In this document: positions 13,751-27,774 of the stretch, piece by piece | Position numbering within the stretch: the stretch's first letter is position 1 | Layout: every line of letters begins with the position of its first letter | Origin: Ylistrum balloti | Lineage: Eukaryota | DNA: 64,000 nt | Direction of reading: 5' to 3' | Assembly (NCBI RefSeq): GCF_031769215.1 | Contig: NW_026781958.1 | Location: 1,798,001-1,862,000 of the forward strand | Notes under the pieces: model-generated | What the model was told of the DNA's origin: nothing | The model's database searches: none | Seen by the model: the letters and a program-made list of their open reading frames with translations, nothing else | Translations under genes and position numbers: made by a program

Positions 13751-14896
13751 GGTATTCCCACCCTAATGGACCACTTCCGGTTATAATCTCGATGAATGCC
13801 GATGTTTTATAGATCGTGAATTTTAGGAAGTCAAAGAGTTGACGTTCATGCCGTTAATTTTAGCGCGGAAAAGGCAAGAAAATATACCTTCCTTACATCC
13901 TTTAATATCAAAAGACATTTTAAAACATGCTACTGCTGAAAATATTGCAGGCTCTGGCTTAAACTTCCAACATCTAAAAAAATATTCCAAAGGGATGGTG
14001 AAGATGGTCTGAGAGCAATATTTGTGTAAAGGAACTGTAATGGACAGCCGCGGATCTCTTCTGCAAAGCGTGTTCTGGATTCTGTAATTCCAAAGCTTGT
14101 TGAACTGTAGGATAAAAATGAACTTTTTATATAGCTACAATGGTAACACTTTTTTTTGTGCAAAAAGGACTTGATTTCTTATTCGTTTTTGTTACATAAT
14201 GAATTATATGGTCATAATCGGGTCAAGGTCAGAGGTCAAGGTAAGAAAATATCAGAAATAGTTAATTTTTATTACTATTCTACTTGTAGCCTTCAAAGAG
14301 TTTAGTATTTATAGTCTGTTTGGGTATGATGCTATTGTATGCAATTTTCCTGAAATCTAATGAGTCATCGAAATTAAGGGGGTAGGGGTATTAAAACTTA
14401 GAAATATCTAATTACATGTGGTAAAAGTTTCTAAAAGATATTTGAAAATTTGCAGAAGGTGTGCCAGTAAGTATTTAAACAGATTTTTCATTGAAAACTC
14501 TCTTGTCACACTCAGTTTACCTTACAAAGTGTCTTTGTCACTTTTCTAAGAGTGACAACGAGGGTACCGATATAACACTTTTTTGCATATCGTACATTGT
14601 ATATGAATGTGATATGAATAGCAGCTATTTTATTATTCATTGCTGTTATTATGGTATGTAAAAACACATGTTTTTGTTTGAAATTAAGTTTTTTATTGGG
14701 CATACACTAGTATTTTTATTGTATCCAACCAGCATGATATGTGACACCGTTGAAGTACTTAAATTTTTGTTAGATGAAAAAAAACTTGTGGATAGAAATG
14801 GTCAGTAACGGAGTATACATTGTGATCTTTATGAATTAGGTGAAAAATTTGATTTTTGGTTTTGTCCCTATTAAAAGGCTCTACGGGCTGAATACC
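13751..14896. mobile_element. Non-autonomous DNA transposon, Kolobok-like
   Basis: TTAA (13747-13750)|GGTATTCCCACCC ... GGGCTGAATACC|TTAA (14897-14900): short imperfect TIRs starting with GG, flanked by a TTAA duplication, with an internal decayed ORF. TTAA TSDs with short RR-starting TIRs characterise Kolobok. Confidence 0.55.
13827..14110 (+). pseudogene. Decayed ORF resembling the C-terminus of PML-like/DEDD-exonuclease proteins carried by some invertebrate transposons
   Basis: Reads RQENIPSLHPLISKDILKHATAENIAGSGLNFQHLKK/(frameshift in A7 run, 13976-13982)/IFQRDGEDGLRAIFV*RNCNGQPRISSAKRVLDSVIPKLVEL*, with an in-frame TAA at 14027-14029. The family call comes from recalling the A-x-x-IA-x-SGL...HL...F-x-RDGEDG motif. 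Confidence 0.5.
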
Positions 14897-16589
14897 TTAA
14901 TAGCTAAGATTTAAAATGAAATATTCACGTACAGTTTTGTTTTTCAAAAAATGTATCGAGCGACAGATAACTACTAGCACAAATTTAAAAATGTTTCTTA
15001 TCAGATAAAATTTATCTGTTCGGTCTAGTTATCCTTAAAATAAACGATTTCACGTTGGTTCCCAGATAATATTTATCAAACAAGTTCGATAATTTTGATA
15101 TGTCACTCGTAATTGCATGTATTCAACGAGTCTGATAAATTTCATGTTACATCGGCAGGAATAAAACATTCTATTTATCACATAAGTCGCATTTCTAAGA
15201 CATAAACGAACTTTTTTCTACAGAGACAATCACGTGACGTCGTCAAGATGTGACTAATCTTTGACGTCAGAACATTGTTTTTACATGTGTGTCATACGAC
15301 GTTTATGACAGGCTGTATGAACAAAGTTGCACATCCTCCATTGCTTGAAGACAATCTTCAGTCAGTCAATGCAATTTATGTTTCCGACAATTTGGTTGAA
15401 ACTATGACAAGGTGTTCTAGAAGAGTAGTTTTTCAGAGAGAGATAAGATGCCGCGCCTAAGTAAAACTCAAACCGTCACTGGGACGAGTAACTTGATAAA
15501 AGTAATGCCATGGACGGGAAAAATATCTCCACGTTGCATACGACCAGTCTAATATATATTTCATACGCAACAAGGTCTAGCAACTGGTGATGAAAGCCAC
15601 ACCATGTCTGTAAGAATTTCCTTTCATTTTGTTTGATTCAAAATGTAAATAACGGCATGATTAGAAATGGAACGGATCACGCAATGGGCAGTAAAAAGCA
15701 CTAGTATGTATCGTGGGTTGTACGATGATGTGCTCTATCCGGGTGCAAGTTTTGAAGTAAAGTCTGGAACAAAGTGCTACCGCAGTATCCGGAATCAAAC
15801 ACGTTCAATTTATCTCATTGTTTGTAACATTGTTTGGATAGGCTACCTGTTAAATTATTTTATTTTCATCTTATGTCTTCCTGATTATCTGCACTATCTG
15901 GGTGATAAGATGATGGCATTAAATTCTCACTAGGAGACCGGACCAGCTAGGTCATACCATTTTACGTCTTCGTAACAACCAGGAATTTCAATATAAAAAA
16001 AAATGAAAAAAATCTGTAAGTAAACTTATGTAGCGATTAATGTGTCTGAAGTTCATTGGAACCGGTTAACAGTGACGTCATAGTTAACACCGGTTTTGGA
16101 TTTGATCACGTGATCAATAGATGTCGCCTGACGCAACTGACACTGTACCTCAATTCCGAAAACTCTTCCCACAACTAATGTATTTGTTTTATATCGGCTA
16201 ACTGATAGTTACAAAAGAAAATAAATTATCGCCAGAACATGTGCACCTGCCCCGTGCGGGAATAGTGAATGTCATGCCTGCTGTCACCACATGCAGCTGT
16301 CGCAGGTATCACTATTAAATATGTTTAAACCGTTGGCGGTTGGGGCGTGAACTTCCTGCAGATTTGTTCCTTTTTATTCTGGACACAGATGAGCTGTTCT
16401 CTTGCATCTAGTGATGTGATGCATTGCAGACATGTGTGCGCCCTATATCGACACTCTACACCCAGTTGTGATCTGCCAGTCAGTTTTGATGCATTTAAAC
16501 CATTTAGATGGTTTAGGGATAAGCTTGATATCTCAGAAGAGACAGAGGGGAGGGGGTGAGGGCTTAGAAAATTGATAAGAGTGTCATAC

Positions 16590-19410
16590 CGACAACCGAC
16601 ACGTGACAACTCTCTTCACCCTGATATGTGACAACCCATCACATTAAGTCGCGCGACAACCCCTTTCATAACGAAATGAGACAACCCACAGCATTCTGAA
16701 AGTAGGAGACCACAATCACTTCACCCTACGAGTCAAAACGCCAAACCCTGGCACGTGACAATCAACCATATTCCGACATGTGAGACATCCCCACCCCAAC
16801 CCACCTCAACCCACGTGACACATCGACACGTGACAACGTACAACATTCAACACATGTGACAACCCCTTTCAATCCGACATGTGGCAATCCCAATCATTCA
16901 GACATGTGACAGACACTCCCTAACCTTCCCAACACCCCAACAAATGAGACAACTCTCTACACCCCAACATGTGACAAAGATAATCATCAACATTTTGACA
17001 TTTGACAGACCACAACCACTCCACCCCACGAGACAAAACTCTTAACCCCGACACGTGACAATTAACCACATCCAGACATGTGAAAGACCACAACCACTCC
17101 ACCCCACGAGACAAAACTCTTAACCCCGACACGTGACAATCAACAACATTCTGACATGTGACAGACCACATCCACTCCACCCCACTAGACAAAACTCTTA
17201 AACCAGACACGTGACAATCAGCCACATTCTGACATGTGACAGACCACAACCACTCCACCCCACTAGACAAAACTCTTAACCCCGACACGTGACAATCAAC
17301 AACATCCAGACATGTGACAGACCACAACCACTCCACCCCACTAAACAAAACTCTTAACCCCGACACGTGACAATCAACAACATTCTGACATGTGACAGAC
17401 CACATCCACTCCACCCCACTAGACAAAACTCTTAAACCAGACACGTGACAATCAGCCACATTCTGACATGTGACAGACCACAACCACTCCACCCCACTAG
17501 ACAAAACTATTAACCCCGACACGTGACAATCAACAACATTCAGACATGTGACAGACCACAACCACTCCCCTCACGAGACTAAACTCTTAAACCCGACACG
17601 TGACAATTAACAACATTCTGACATGTGACAGACCACAACCACTCCACCCCACTAGACAAAACTCTTAAACCCGACACGTGACAATCAACAACATTCTGAC
17701 ATGTGACAGACCACAAACACTCCTTCCCACTAGACCAAACTCTTAAACCGGACACGTGACAATCAACAACATTCTGACATGTGACAGACCAAAACCACTC
17801 CACCCCACGAGACAAAACTCTTAACCCCGACACGTGACAATCAACAACATTCAGACATGTGACAGACCACAACCACTCCCCTCACGAGACTAAACTCTTA
17901 AACCCGACACGTGACAATCAACAACATTCTGACATGTGACAGACCACAACCACTCCTTCCCACTAGACAAAACTCTTAAACCCGACACGTGACAATCAAC
18001 AACATTCAGACATGTGACAGACCACAACCACTCCCCTCACGAGACTAAACTCTTAAACCCGACACGTGACAATCAACAACATTCTGACATGTGACAGACC
18101 ACAACCACTCCTTCCCACTAGACAAAACTCTTAAACCCGACACGTGACAATCAACAACATTCTGACATGTGACAGACCAAAACCACTCCACCCCACGAGA
18201 CAAAACTCTTAACCCCGACACGTGACAATCAACAACATTCAGACATGTGACAGACCACAACCACTCCACCCCACTAGACAAAACTCTTAAACCGGACACG
18301 TGACAATCAACAACATTCTGACATGTGACAGACCACAAACACTCCACCCAACTAGACAAAACTCTTAAACCGGACACGTGACAATCAACCACATCCAGAC
18401 ATGTGACAGACCACAACCACTCCACCCCACTAGACAAAACTCTTAACCCCGACACGTGACAATCAACCACATTCTGACATGTGACAGACCACAACCACTC
18501 CACCCTACTAGACAAAACTCTTAAACCCGACACGTGACAATCAACAACATTCTGACATGTGACAGACCACAACCACTGCACCCCACTAGACAAAACTCTT
18601 AAACCGGACACGTGACAATCAACAACATTCTGACATGTGACAGACCAAAACCACTCCACCCCACGAGTGTTACAATCAACCACATTCTGACATGTGACAG
18701 ACCACAACCACTCCCCTCACGAGACTAAACTCTTAAACCCGACACGTGACAATCAACAACATTCTGACATGTGACAGACCACAACCACTGCACCCCACTA
18801 GACAAAACTCTTAAACCGGACACGTGACAATCAACAACATTCTGACATGTGACAGACCAAAACCACTCCACCCCACGAGACAAAACTCTTAACCCCGGCA
18901 CGTTACAATCAACCACATTCTGACATGTGACAGACCACAACCACTCCACCCCACGAGACAAAACTCTTAAACCGGACACGTGACAATCAACCACATTCTG
19001 ACATGTGACAGACCACAACCACTCCACCCAACTAGACAAAACTCTTAAACCGGACACGTGACAATCAACCACATTCTGACATGTGACAGACCACAACCAC
19101 TCCACCCTACTAGACAAAACTCTTAAACCGGACACGTGACAATCAACAACATTCTGACATGTGACAGACCACAACCACTCCATCCCACTAGATAAAACTC
19201 TTAACCCCGACACGTGACAATCAACCACATTCTGACATGTGACAGACCACAACCACTCCACCCCACTAGACAAAACTCTTAACCCCGACACGTGACGATG
19301 TACAACATTCAGAGATGTGAAATATCTCTACCCCATCCTTGTCCACCCCTACACTCCAACACATGGCAACTCTCCACATCCCGACACGTAACGACCTGCT
19401 ACATTCAGAC
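16590..19410. repeat. 78-bp tandem repeat array (~30 core copies, 16985-19320) with degenerate flanks
   Basis: Unit ACATGTGACAGACCACAACCACTCCACCCCACTAGACAAAACTCTTAACCCCGACACGTGACAATCAACAACATTCTG. Confidence 0.95.
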
Positions 19411-22400
19411 ACGCGTATCAATTAATATTCCTGGCATGTGACCACCCGCATTAACAACAGCCCGCCCCCCTCTTCCCAGCCCCCCAAACCCCAACCCCAG
19501 CCCTCAGCCACCCACCCTACACCGGACTGACATTTGACAGCTCTCTGTTCAATTATGTATTGACTTTTATTCAAAATGTAGCTGATGTCGTTTAAATTTT
19601 TATTGTCTGTGAAATAATAGAACATCGATCAGGCGTAATGATGGAGCTTTTAGTATGACAGGAAATACATTACCGTTTATGAGACTGTACTAAAGGATCA
19701 CAATAACTATAACCAGTTTTAACTACACGTTATATATTCCTTATTAACAATTCATATGAGAAATGTTCGTCCCATAAACTGTGGCCTTTGCATCGAATAT
19801 TAATAAAACAAAGCACCGGGTTGTCTGTTATACTCAGTTTTGATAGTTTTGTCTTTATCGGTTTTAACAGTTGGACTAGGGTTGTTAAGTTCACGAAATG
19901 TGGACGAACCTGCTGATCTTAGTTTATTTTCGGCCTCGACAAACACTTTCAAGTTCCATATTTAAACATGCTGGTCCTTCCCAATTTATATATGAAACAT
20001 GTCAATTTCACGGTGACATTCGGAACAACACCGAGCGGTTACGGTGGTAAAGGGCGATTTGTGGAGAACGTAATGGTGTGAACAAATACCATGGTATTCA
20101 AAAATATTTCATTTTCCACTTGTTCAATTCTATTTAGAGCACAACGCTTGTTAATGTTTTCAAATTTCGTACTTTTTTATTTGATTTTTCTCGGAGACAT
20201 TTGGAATATCGATCAACAGCACAATAAATGGCTTATTTTGTTTAAAACTTGGCCACAGTTAGGAGATTCTGTGTAAATATCACTACACGATATTCGTGCT
20301 GAAAACAAGAGCTAAACAAACGCAGTTATTGAAATTCTAAGTAGTGTATCAACAACCTGGCCAACTTTTTAAACACAAAGTAAATATTTGATAGACAAAT
20401 TCAAAATTAGTCGCGGCGACTGATGGAGTCGTTGTACTGGCATGTGAAACTGCATGTTTGTCTGATATCAAAGCATTGGTGGCGAATGATTAATGGCATT
20501 AAATAGAATTCATCTCTGAAGTGGTAAACAATATTTACATGATATTTACACAGATAAAACGTACTGGTCGTGTGGCTCTTTTGATCTGTCAACACTTAAA
20601 TTGAACCTAAACGAATGATATTGAACTTTTTTTTCTCACACCAAACACCATATGCTTGGCTTGGTTAGTAGAAAAGAGGATGACTTAAAACAATATTTCT
20701 AAAAAGATATCTACTTTATCGAAATGGTTAATAACATGTCCTCGAATCGAGAATACTATTTCAAAATACCAGTTTAATGTCAAATTTTGACCCTATGCAA
20801 ATATCACCATGCATTATCAATTTGGTAAATTCAGCCGAAGTTATCTCGGCAATTTCCGTTGAACATTGTTCATTACCGAACTGTGCCGATATTAACCGAT
20901 TGTTAAACTATGCATTTCATGCTTGTTTTCATCTCACTTCCGATCAGATAGCGATGTTGTAGGTGACGCCAACCGTATTTAGCTGCAATGCGACATAGGT
21001 TTTAACTGTATATATCTCGAGTTTTTTGTCAAAAACAAAACAGAAAAAAATGTATTATAGTTCTCACGAACTGGAACGCCTTTACTTGTAACAAATAATT
21101 CTTTTTTGTTTGGAGGAGATTGCCAGATTTTCGACGTTTTGTTTACGCTGTTGAGCAGATCCGTCTCAGCTCCGCCGCTATCTTCCCAATTTATGACAAA
21201 CACAATCCATGGATGTAACATAAACACAATGGCTGGAGCTGAGTGTAGTCGAACGGACCTTATAAATGTACCAACTGACCTGGTGGTAGGTCTGTGAAAC
21301 AGCGGAGATACATTGTACATAACAAAAGAATGAGGTATTCTACAAGTTTTTAAGAAATTTAATATCAAACGTTGTTACCCATTTTTCTCAAAAAATAACT
21401 TAGGATATCTTCTTTTCTTTACATCGGAATGCCCTCGGAGGACGAAGGGAATTCCATAGCAATGGCGTAAATTGTGTCCTTAGATTAAACTGCAGCGGGA
21501 AAATGCCGATATCAATAACAGCCAGGCTTTTTTTCTTCAAACCTTTACGAATATGCTCTGTATGGGTCCACGTACTTTGTACATGCTGGATTGTGAATTG
21601 ATATGATATTCAAGTTAAGCCAGTCACCATTCTGTCATTTGAGGTTGAAAGGGATCGCCCTATGTTGATACAATCGTTAGTGATTGTGGTCGCGCTTGTC
21701 ATATTCTGAGGTTGACCGGGTTTTCAAAATGGCTCATTTGAGGTTAGTAGGTATCATCACTATGGAAAGTACTATCTTGGAACTGTATCAGACTTATTTA
21801 CTATGAGATCTGATTGTGCGTGCCTGATCGCTAGCGCCCCTTCACACAACCCCCCCCCCCCCCCCCACCTGAAAAAAAGCGAAGGAGAATAAATTTTAGG
21901 CGGCATTTGTTCAATCCGTGATATGTTTTTCCGAGCCATAACTGTTGATGCAATATTACCTGAGGTAGGGCCTGACCATGATGCCTGTATCAATGTTTCT
22001 GGGGTATGAGGGCTTGTATGGTACATTATAACGAGTGTAGAAACATTGCTACAGGGCCCTGTGGCCCCGAAGTTAAAGCTAGCCAGGCCAAGGTCAAGGT
22101 CACAACTATGAGGTTAAAAGACAAATTCATAGTGTAGTCCAAAATTTCTTTCCACATGAAGGCAGTTATAAACAAAACAACAAACTTGCTATTATGTAGC
22201 GTGTCGGATTGTATATACTTTTTCTCTATAAATTGTGTTATATAAACTGAGTTGACCAGGTTTTGGTGTGCTAGTATCCAATTAAATGAACTTGGCGAGA
22301 ACTAAGAACGAGTTTTTTGGGTACACCGCACAACGGGCACTCAAGTGTCATGTAGGGAGGTTTGACAAATGAGTGAGGATTTTAAAGATCAACCAGGTCC

Positions 22401-25400
22401 TTTCTCTTCCTCACCCTGTTTACAGATACCCGATTTGTTCGACTCAAAGAAAGCAGAATTTCGTAAAATAAAAGATTAATTACCTAAAAGGTGAAGGTCT
22501 GCATGTGAACTCTTGAATCTTTTCGAGTCGTCACGACCGTTTACCATAGCAGCAATCATAAGGAGTAAGTCTCTTTTTTATTTTTACGGAGTGGTTTTGG
22601 TAAGTGACGTCAGTACACTGCAGTACAAAGTAAGATCGATGTGACCAGATACATGGTCACGATTGCCGACAATCTGTCAGATCAATACTATTTTCGTGCC
22701 GTTTCGTCTAATTAGAATCAATCTAGGTTTGAAATGTTGAGACCCCGGGAATATCTGTACACCTTGTCGTCCGTTAGTCTCACTAGGTCGCGCATTGCTC
22801 TTGCCGCACTCTTTGCCGTTTGTCGCAGAGACAGTTATTTGTGACTATGTGACCGGATTTACATCTGTACGTTGTATCTATAGTATGATAGCGTTCTCTC
22901 GAACCTTGTAAATCATGCGACATTTCATTAGCGTATTACGGCCGAGCACCGTTAACAGGAATACCCAATATGTGGCTACCTTGACGACCGGCGATTGACG
23001 GACGGGGGCACTGCGGCAAGGCGGATCCATCGGATTTCATCTTCGGTATTAATCAATCAAAACACGTAATAAATGCGGTCTGTCATATATCCAATACCAT
23101 ATATGGTCAGCGCTATTCTGACCAGTTTTGACGCTACAATGCAATATAATAAAATGAATGTGAAAAATTGATTACGTGCAATATGATACACGTGTCATAT
23201 TCATTACAATGACATATTGACGTACAATATATGAACTAAAAACAATGATAAATACGTCAATGAAATATTAAACTACATACAATTTTTTGGGTCAAATTAT
23301 AGATTTATACAAAATTACTGCTAGGTCATTGCAGGCAATTGGAGTTACGAATACAATAACTCAACAAACAGGACATATTTCCATCCCATCAAACAAATTG
23401 ATTTCTACACAAATACTGGAGAGACATATCACCATTATTAATTGATGCCGATGTGTTTTGTACTGAAACACTGTATACAGAGGACAAAGAATAGTAATAT
23501 CATGGGATAGCTAACCCTTGGAGACAACTTATCGATTATTCTTATCGATTTTTTCAATCGATTTTACCATATTACCGTTCAATTCTCGCTCTGTTGTCAC
23601 GCTCTGTGCGAAACAACAAGACTCCGGCGATTTGATCAGTTCTGCTACATAGAAAACACATTCTGGAAACTTAGCAGATATCTTTTTCATAAACTCTATA
23701 AAAGGAAATTTCTAATATTATGTCTCGTAGACGTTGTGCTGAGTGAGGCTACATGATTATTCCATTAAAGTTATCGAAGTAAGACTATTGAGTACTTCTC
23801 AACACCCCTACGCGTCGGGTGTGGTGTCAAATCTTGAAACAACGAATTCGATTGGTCAGTTGAAATTGTATTCTGCGACAGAAAAGAAATCTGGAAAATT
23901 CCGACACCCTCTTAGCATCCCATATTTGATATATTTGTATTCTTTTGATAAATTGAAACTGGCGATTTTGGGAAAATGTTGGAATATTTCAATGAAATCT
24001 AAATAATCACTAAGAATGTAGGTTAAAATCAGTTATATGGACAACCAGGAAATGATGACAAATGGAGGCCAGAACAACATCGGTAGAACGAGCTAGCAAT
24101 TCAGATACAGTTCGCTGTATCCTTATGGCGCGCTGTCATTTCTGGTGGTGCATTGTTACTATGACAACCAGATACTGCAGGAAAGCTTTAGCCGTAAAAT
24201 CTACCTAGTACAATGCTTCTAGCAATTAAGTATTCCTGGAACGTGTGAAAAATTCATCAGACTGCGTATCAATTATACATCACAAGTTTGGTAAATTAGC
24301 TTGGAATACACCCGAACACATTGTCATACACATGTTTTCAAAACAGAACAAAGCGGATGTCCCACCGGACATGACGTGCCTGCATGTCCTGCGTGACCCC
24401 GTTTTCCGGCAGGCGCCGTCAGGTGAACGGTTGTTCAGGGGATTGCAGAAGCTTAACTCTTGCTGAAATGAAATTGGAAGTTTAAACTCAAATTAATCAT
24501 CTCGTGAGAGAAAATGATTTCAAACGACGGTAGGATCCCCTTGGGTCCTCGGCCATATTAACACAAACATATCACGTAGGGTCTGAAAAAAACGAGGTTT
24601 TGGTTGAATAACCGGATTCTTTATATTTGGTTGATTATTTTTAAAACAAATGATCTATTCATGGTGTATGCATAGTGTTCCCACGAAAAGCATCATGATA
24701 ATAAAAAAAATTAGCCTGAAATAGCAGTTTTCATTAAGTGTTTCCTGTCCACCAAACTTTGCAGTCGGAAGTCGAAACATATCGACGACGGGGGAGCTAT
24801 TCTCTATAACATGTCACGTTCTATATAGAGTATACAACTAGGAAAGCGTTAGTGCACACTTAAGAGTTACAAATACGTAATAAGGTTAAGTGTTTTGAGG
24901 ACGGGAGCGTAAATTGAGGTAACATAATCGTAGTAACTCGGCAAATTCCGCCTTAGATCGGGATGATAAATCGAAAGCGAAAGTCGAACGGCTAAGCGTG
25001 GTTTTTTTATTCTCGACAGACAAGTAAAACAACAAAAGTAAACGATTACAGAAGAGTCATTTGCACTCTGAAATTCTCCAAGATAAATGTATAGTTTTAA
25101 TAAAAATAAATAAACAAATAATAACTTTATAATTTGTACCTTGCACGATGTCACATTCCAGTAAAAAAAATAATACTATGCCCCCCACCCGACCTCCAAT
25201 TGTCGGGTTATGACCTCTCAAACACTAAAACAATTCAAGAAAAAAAGATGATTTGAAGCAGTAACTCCGTTGCATTGTATATCTTAATGATTCATGTATA
25301 CAGCAGTAGATGTTCTCTTAACTGACAGCATCTGACACGTGCATCAGTACATGACAGGATTACATACTATAAAATCATTACCATACAGATCTGCACGAGG

Positions 25401-26613
25401 AGGTGATGATGAATGACGAATGGGGGATGGGGGTTGCGTGCGGGGGATGGGGGGTGGGGGGAGGTTAGGGATTGCACACGAATTGTGGGCGGAGAAAATG
25501 CATGTATTTGACATTTCTGATAGATAACGATGCAGTCACGAAAAAGTGGTTATGAATTACATAAGCCAAAGTCTGGCAAGAAATAACGACTTCTCCATAG
25601 TTTGTGATGCAACATCAAATGAATGCACATCCCTAACTATGATCTGCCCTCAGCGCGTGCGAGCTGGCACGAGAGAACAGTCGAAGCATTACATCTCATC
25701 GGGGGGTTACAATTAAATTTATGAATGGGCAAGCAACACTCCTACGGCACAGAAGTGCTTTGTTGTATTCAATACATATCGAAGGCAACAGGGTTGGAAT
25801 AACGCTTTGTTAAACCGTACGAGGAATTAGTCATAAAAAAGAAATATCTTTTCTATGAAACACAATACTCAGTGCAGGGGGATGTACTCTAATCTGGTGA
25901 TATTGGTAATGAACATTAAACAAACCCATCTAGACCACAAATTAAAGGCTCTTAGGACAGATAAAAATCTGGAGATGGACATTATCGCCATCACTCGGGA
26001 ACCGGGTCGTTTGCAAAGACAGAACAAATCGAAATTGGCGCGGACCATTATCTGTTAGTGCTAATCATGGCTGACACTTGGAGAGAATGAAATGTCCAGA
26101 GGGGATCAGAATGCAGAGAGCTACCGAAAGAATGATATCAAATGCTCCGTCCATACTCTATCGAGTCCGGTCGATATCGACACTATAGGAGGTGCGCCGA
26201 AGGTTTGCTAGGAAGTCACGATCGTAAATATCTGATATATACTTTTTATCCACGAGACAAAGAAACTAGATCGTAAAATCTATTTTTTTAATCAAAGTGA
26301 ATTTCCGAGTGGATATTTGTGATGACAATAGATCAATGCACTTACAATATATACGCACGAGAACCTTTTCTGTTGTTTTTAGAGTCCATTTTGATCGAAA
26401 CATTGTCAGGAATATTTATCATCTCTATCTTTACGATATCAGATTAACTTTGGGTATAGATGATATGTCGATATCACTAAATATTCTTGACCTTTACCGT
26501 TCTGACCTTTAGTACATGCATTGACCTTTCTCCAATCCAGGTAATTAGCCCTCCTTTGGCAGTACCTTGCCCTTTCTCCTCTCTCGATGATGACCTTTAC
26601 TTTCTTTAATTGC

Positions 26614-27362
26614 GTTGTCCTTTCCCCGCTGTCAATGCTGTACCCACCCCTTGTCCTTTAGTTGTCCTTTCCACGCTGTCAATGCTGTACCCATCCCCTC
26701 GTCTTTTTGTTGCCCTTTCCCCGCTGTCAATGCTGTACCCACCCCTTGTCCTTTAGTTGTCCTTTCCCCACTGTCAATGCTGTACCTATCCCTTGTCCTT
26801 TAGTTGTCCTTTCCCCACTGTCAATGCTGTACCCACGCTGTAGCTGTCAATGCTGTACCCACCCCTTGTCCTTTTGTTGTCCGTTCCCCGCTGTCAATGC
26901 TGTACCTACCCCTTGTCCTTTAGTTTTCCTTTCCCCACTGTCAATGCTGTACCCATCCCCTCGTCTTTTTGTTGCCCTTTCCCCGCTGTCAATGCTGTAC
27001 CCATCCCCTCGTCTTTTTGTTGCCCTTTCTCCGCTGTCAATGCTGTACCCACCCCTTGTCCTTTAGTTGTCCTTTCTCCGCTGTCAATGCTGTACCCACC
27101 CCTTGTCAATGTGTTGTCCTTTCCCCGCTGTCAATGCTGTACCCACCCCTTGTCCATTAGTTGTCCTTTCCCCGCTGTCAATGCTCTACCCACCCCCTTG
27201 TCCTTTAGTTGTCCTTTCCCTGCTGTCAATGCTGTACCCACCCCCTTGTCCTTTCGTTGTCCTTTCCCTGCTGTCAATGCTGTACCCACCCCCTTGTCCT
27301 TTAGTTGTCCTTTCCCTGCTGTCAATGCTGTACCCACCCCCTTGTCCTTTCGTTGTCCTTAT
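26614..27362. repeat. 47/48-bp pyrimidine-rich tandem repeat (~16 copies)
   Basis: Unit GTTGTCCTTTCCCCGCTGTCAATGCTGTACCCACCCCTTGTCCTTTA (copies at 26614 and 26661). Confidence 0.95.
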
Positions 27363-27774
27363 TTCTCTGCCAATAACGAGTCATCTTACCGGTTTCCTGT
27401 TGTCTAATTACCAGATGATGAACACTCTGAGCTCACTGTTACCTACCCCTTCTCCTCTCCCGATGTTAAAACCGTCGTATTTGCATATTTATTGTACTCT
27501 TTTTCCTCCCTGGGAGATCCTTTCTCTCTATTACTAGATAAACCACCCATACTCATACTTTCTTGTCATGTCTTTCTTGATATTGGTGACCCGGTCCTTT
27601 GCAAACCCTTCCACTTAATTCTATGTCAATCGTCATCTCTGGGAAACGTTATGCTACCCTTTTCCCTCACTACACCTTCTCACTTAATGTTATACTCTGT
27701 GACATCTGTTACCCTCTCCTTTCAACACATCCTTACACCTAGTTCTATGTCAATTACCCACTCAATGTGACATT

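Noticed and set aside
13930-14163. Minus-strand ORF with IRGCPLQFLYTNIALRP, resembling the LINE reverse-transcriptase QGCPLSP motif
   Set aside because: No other RT motifs are present, and the plus strand carries a longer, more coherent protein relic, so this is treated as antisense coincidence.
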